Source of the DNA: Saprolegnia diclina VS20
Taxonomy: Eukaryota
DNA length: 64,000 bases
Direction of reading: 5' to 3'
Assembly: GCF_000281045.1 (NCBI RefSeq)
Contig: NW_008246088.1
Location: 222,974 to 286,973 of the forward strand
Made by a program: the position numbers and the translations under genes. Positions within the stretch are counted from its first letter, which is position 1. Each line of letters begins with the position of its first letter. The notes under the pieces were generated by a model. That model had not been told where the DNA came from and did not search any database. It saw only the letters and a list, made by a program, of their open reading frames with translations. Positions 59,934-64,000 of this stretch are shown in pieces.

Positions 59934-62900
59934 CTACTCGTACGTCGGGGTGCGCGCGGGCGTCCCCGGGCGGCTCGGGTTGTTCTTGTAGTACACAACG
60001 TGGTCGACAAGCTTGATGCGCGACCGGTCTTCGGTGCTAAACTTGGCGTCGAACTGCTCGTCCTCCATGTCGAAGCGCAGAATGTTGTCGACTTTGGAAA
60101 TCTTGGGCTTCCAGTAGTTGGGGTACTTCCACTCGTACGACGGCGACGGGTTGAGCTTGCGCGCCTCGGCCGCACCGCTCCACTTGGGATCGCTACACCA
60201 TCGTGTTGTAGCCTGCAACGTGTCTCGCGCAGGGACGTACCGAACCCACTTTTGCGGCATCTTGTCAATGCCAAGCGCATAGATTTCCAAGTTGCCGTCG
60301 GGCGTGAAGCGCATGCGCACAAAGTTCTTGTAGCTGGCGACGCGGAGCGACGAAAACGCCTCGTTGTAGTGGCTCTTGAAGACGTTGAGCGCCGTGTAGA
60401 GATACAACCCGACAATGACACCGCAGATCGGCGTTGCCTACGCCACTTCTGCATATTTCACCTCGAATGATGGCTGCGTACCGCGACCCAAAAGTACATG
60501 AACACAGAGTAGTAGTAGACACTCGCCTCAATGCGCGAGAGCGCGTCAAACCCCTCGTAGCAAATCTACGCACACATTTGATAAAGGCCCACGCCACAGA
60601 AGGAAGTAAACCTTCATGCGGTGGACGGCGACGACTTCGGGAATGTCAAAGAACGTCAAGAGATACTTGACACATGTCGAGTAGAGCGGGATGACGTTGA
60701 AGTAGTCGTACGCGTGCAGCTGGAGCATGTTGGGCACATGCGCGTTGAAGTAGTTGTACAGTGAGTAGAGCCCTTCGTTGGCAAGCGCCCCTCTACCAAG
60801 TCGATGAGCACCGTCCATAGGCAAAAGGAAAGACGTACTGGTCGGTCGCGGCTTGGAACATGGCTTCAAACGCAATGAGCACGCTAAACGCCGCCGTCGT
60901 GTGCGCGAGCGACATGACCAAGCTGATCGCAGCCTTCTTCGGGAACGACGGCGTGTCAGCGAAGAGCAAATGCACGATAAAGAGCACGAGGTACGACGCC
61001 AAACTCACATACGACGAAGTAAAGACCTCGCCCTGCATCGCAACGAGCTCCCAGAAAAAGTTGGAAAACACGCCGCGCCACGTCGCACTCTACGCATATC
61101 TGCGATGAGCCGCAGGACGGGACCGAGTCGTCGTTACCTCGTAGATCTCGCCCACCGAGCAGCGGGGGAACATGGAGACTGCCAGCATGTAGTACTAGTC
61201 GATGTGCATAAGAGATCGATAGGCAAGAGAATGTGCAGCGTACGCCGACACCGCCGACAAAGTCAAAGCGCCAGTTGCGGCGACGGAAGCCAAAGATGTT
61301 GAGAAGGGCATAGCGGCTACGGCGGCGCTGTGAGATCCCTTGGTTATGGAATGACGTACCGGGAAACTTTCTCGGACGGGTAGCACGACGCGCGCTGGTA
61401 GTGCTTGTCGTTTGCAAACAGATTCTCGCCACTCGGGACGTGCGTCGGGTGCAAGAAGGCGCCGCCGCCGCCCGACACGATGAGGTGGACGGGGCCGCCC
61501 TCCGGGTGCCCCTGCGGCGGATCAAGCATCGGCTCCATATCGAGCTGCATGTCGAGAAAACGCTTCTCTTCCATGTGCGGGAAATGCTTGTGGATGGGCG
61601 AGAAGGGCGCCATCGCCGTCTATATGCGCCACGTAAATAGCATGCACCGTCTGTGATGAGACGTACAATGTCGTCGGGGGTCATGGACGTGTTGATCGAG
61701 AGCTTGCGCGGGCGCGGTGTCGTCGGCTTGGGCGCCGGAATCGTGGGCGCTTCGAAAAGCGAGTGGCGCGTGTAGTTGTGAATATCACCTGCCAACCTAT
61801 AGCGGATCGTGAGCCGCGCGACGCGGGGACATGACGCACCGAAGCACGACGCGGCCGGCGAGGACCTTGGTCATGAGGTACTGCAGCTTCTCTTCCGTGC
61901 GCTGGTGCTCGTACTGATCGAGGATCCAGTTGGGCTCGTGCGTCACGACAATGACGCGATCCGAGTCCTGCAGGTGGTTCTTCGCAATCGCTTCAAAGCA
62001 AGCAAACTGCTCATCGTTGATGTCGTTCTCGAGCGCAAGGTCGCACGCAAAGAGCCACCAGCCGTGCGGAAGCTTGAGGCAAAAGTAGCTCGTTTGCTGC
62101 GGCAGATGCCACCCCCCGAGCCAGTCGCGGTGGCACACGAACCGCTTGTACGTGTTGAGCCCATCGAACCAGTCGTGGTTGCCCGGAATCGCAAAGCACG
62201 TCGGACCTTTGTAATCTTTGAGCGTCTTGCAGCCCGGCGGCAGCACGGGCTTCTGCGTCGAGACGGCCGCGGGGTCGTAGCAAAGCGGTGGCTTCATCGC
62301 GTACTCAAAGGTGCGCCAGAAGCGCGACTAAGAACCCTTAGAACACAAAGCCGTAGAAAGAATGGACGCAGTACCTCGTACGTCTCGGCACAAGGGTGCG
62401 GGTACGCAAGGTCCCCGCCAATGACGAGGCAGTCGCCGCGCGGCAGTGTCAGCATCTTGGCCTGGTCCGCCAGGGGCGAATTGGGCGGCACCTCGACGTC
62501 GAGCTGGGGCTGCGCCAGCGAGCGCGCGACTTGGTAGCTGCTGTTGAAGCCGTCGCCGCAGTCGCCCATGAAATCGAGCCACAAGTCGTCCTTCTCGGCC
62601 AAGTGGTCAAACATGTAGTCCTACGCATTGAGTCCAGCGATTGTCGCCGAGGAGTATATCGTGTACCTCGTAGTTGGGGTGGATGGCAGCTTGCATGGCG
62701 CGCATGTCAAAGCGCCCGAGGAAGATCTTGAGCGAGATGAGAAGCTAGGCAGAAGAGATGTGAACATCACATGAGCGAGATGGAGTGAGGGAGCGTACCT
62801 CGAACGCCGTGTCAAAGACAAACATCGAGTACCACGGCACCATGGGCAGCGCGTGCTCGGCCGGGAGCTTGGAGTGCTCCACATCGTGCTCATCCTCCTC

Positions 62901-63795
62901 CTCGTCCGCCTCGGAGTTGTTCCAGTTGAGCTCGAGCATGCGGAAGCCCACGAGACGCTCCATGACCAAGTTGACCATGGCCAAGCTGAGACCTGTGATC
63001 CAAATGAAGAGACCGCCTTGGTAGCTACGCATTATGATGCATGAGATGAGGTTCATTTGGCAGTAGTAAAGGAACACCTTTGGGGCACGGGGATCTTGGT
63101 GCCCGAGACGCCGAAGAACTGCTCGCACACGTGTCGGTTGTATGTCTTGGGGATGGCCGAGTCGTCATCGGCGGCGTCGCAATGCACGAGCAAGGCGCAG
63201 CACATGACACTGACGGCAGCACTGTTGCGCAGGATGTTGGAGAGAACGCGGTTGAACCTACAAGCCAAGGCGTGACGCACTGCAACATGGACGTGGTGAC
63301 CGTACGAGAGGCTTGAGAAGTGCTTGACCCAGCCATAGCGCATGAGCAAGTACAGAATCGACTGGAACCCGCCGAGGATGACAATGGAGCTGAAGAAGAT
63401 GGGCAAGAAGAGCGAAATCTAGGAAACAATATCATGATGATGGACATGGTCGACGAGGTCGACGCACCGGCTGCTTGACGTCATACTCGAGCATGCCCAG
63501 CTGCGTGAGGGGCACGTGCACGACAGCGGCCAAGAGGAGCCACGTGTAGAGGCCCATCGAGACGTACACGTATGGCGTCCATCGGTTGAGGAGCTCGCGG
63601 TTCTCGACGAATGGGCTCGTGAAAATGTAGAAGGACACGAAGACCAGCACGAAGATGAGGAACCACGCCTACACATACAGACCGTCAACCTCCGTCCTTC
63701 GCTCCATGCGGTCGCTCGTCGCCGAGGAAGCGCGTCGGTCGTCCTACGATTTGGTCGGGGGTCGCTACCATGGCGGAAATTCCCAAATGAGCCAT
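59934..63795 (-). CDS. Multi-TM calcineurin-like metallophosphoesterase; multi-exon
   Basis: WLDFMGDCGDG, IGGDLAYP, IPGNHDWFDGL, VTHEPNW, AGDIHNY and HLIVSGGGGAFLHPTH, with TM segments on both sides. Start at 63795 inferred through an intron at about 63670-63747. Confidence 0.85.
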
Positions 63796-63820
63796 GCGTC
63801 GATCTATTGAGCGCCGCGTG

Positions 63821-63834
63821 TGATTGGCCAAAAT
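63821..63834 (-). promoter_or_regulatory. CCAAT-box-like element upstream of the metallophosphoesterase
   Basis: tgattggccaaaat (reverse complement attttggccaatca), 26 nt upstream of the inferred ATG. Confidence 0.5.
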
Positions 63835-64000
63835 ACAAGTGCATTGCTATTGGTCCAAAATGGAGGTGGACATTGGGTACTTTTCCGGTTGATGCAGGCG
63901 CTCATGGTGGCGTAATGGATAACCGGCTTGACTAGCGAAGAGGATTTCCCGCCGGTAGAGCAATCGTGGGGCAGAAGTAGTCACTCGACGCTGCTTGGCT

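Overview
This is a gene-dense, GC-rich eukaryotic window with very short introns (mostly about 40-55 nt, often GTACG...YAG). Gene content points to an oomycete, most likely Saprolegniales (Saprolegnia-like); this is an inference. There are two assembly gaps (10810-11398 and 50465-50615). About 25 protein genes can be supported: four FYVE+GAF paralogues, a 1755-aa internally duplicated multi-pass membrane protein, an SPFH/stomatin protein, a TM+LRR-like protein, Rab1, Med8, an M48 (Oma1-like) peptidase, two paralogous Cys-rich GPI-like surface proteins, a membrane-anchored thaumatin-like protein, a DHHC palmitoyltransferase, a BAG-like protein, an MFS transporter, WDR17, a PH/DEP-like/Exo84-like protein, a TRAIP-like RING protein, a divergent P3A H+-ATPase, CFAP65 and a TM metallophosphoesterase. 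A small inverted-repeat (MITE-like) element lies at about 23.64-24.07 kb. The most intriguing signal is an uncharacterised family built from tandem winged-helix-like modules (28.2-30.2 kb and 32.4-34.0 kb). A similar module recurs in a large fused protein (45.2-50.0 kb) that also carries a catalytically degenerate DEDDy exonuclease-like domain and an intact SpoIIIAA/Ycf45-type ATPase. All domain calls come from reading motifs by eye; no searches were run, and exon boundaries are manual estimates.
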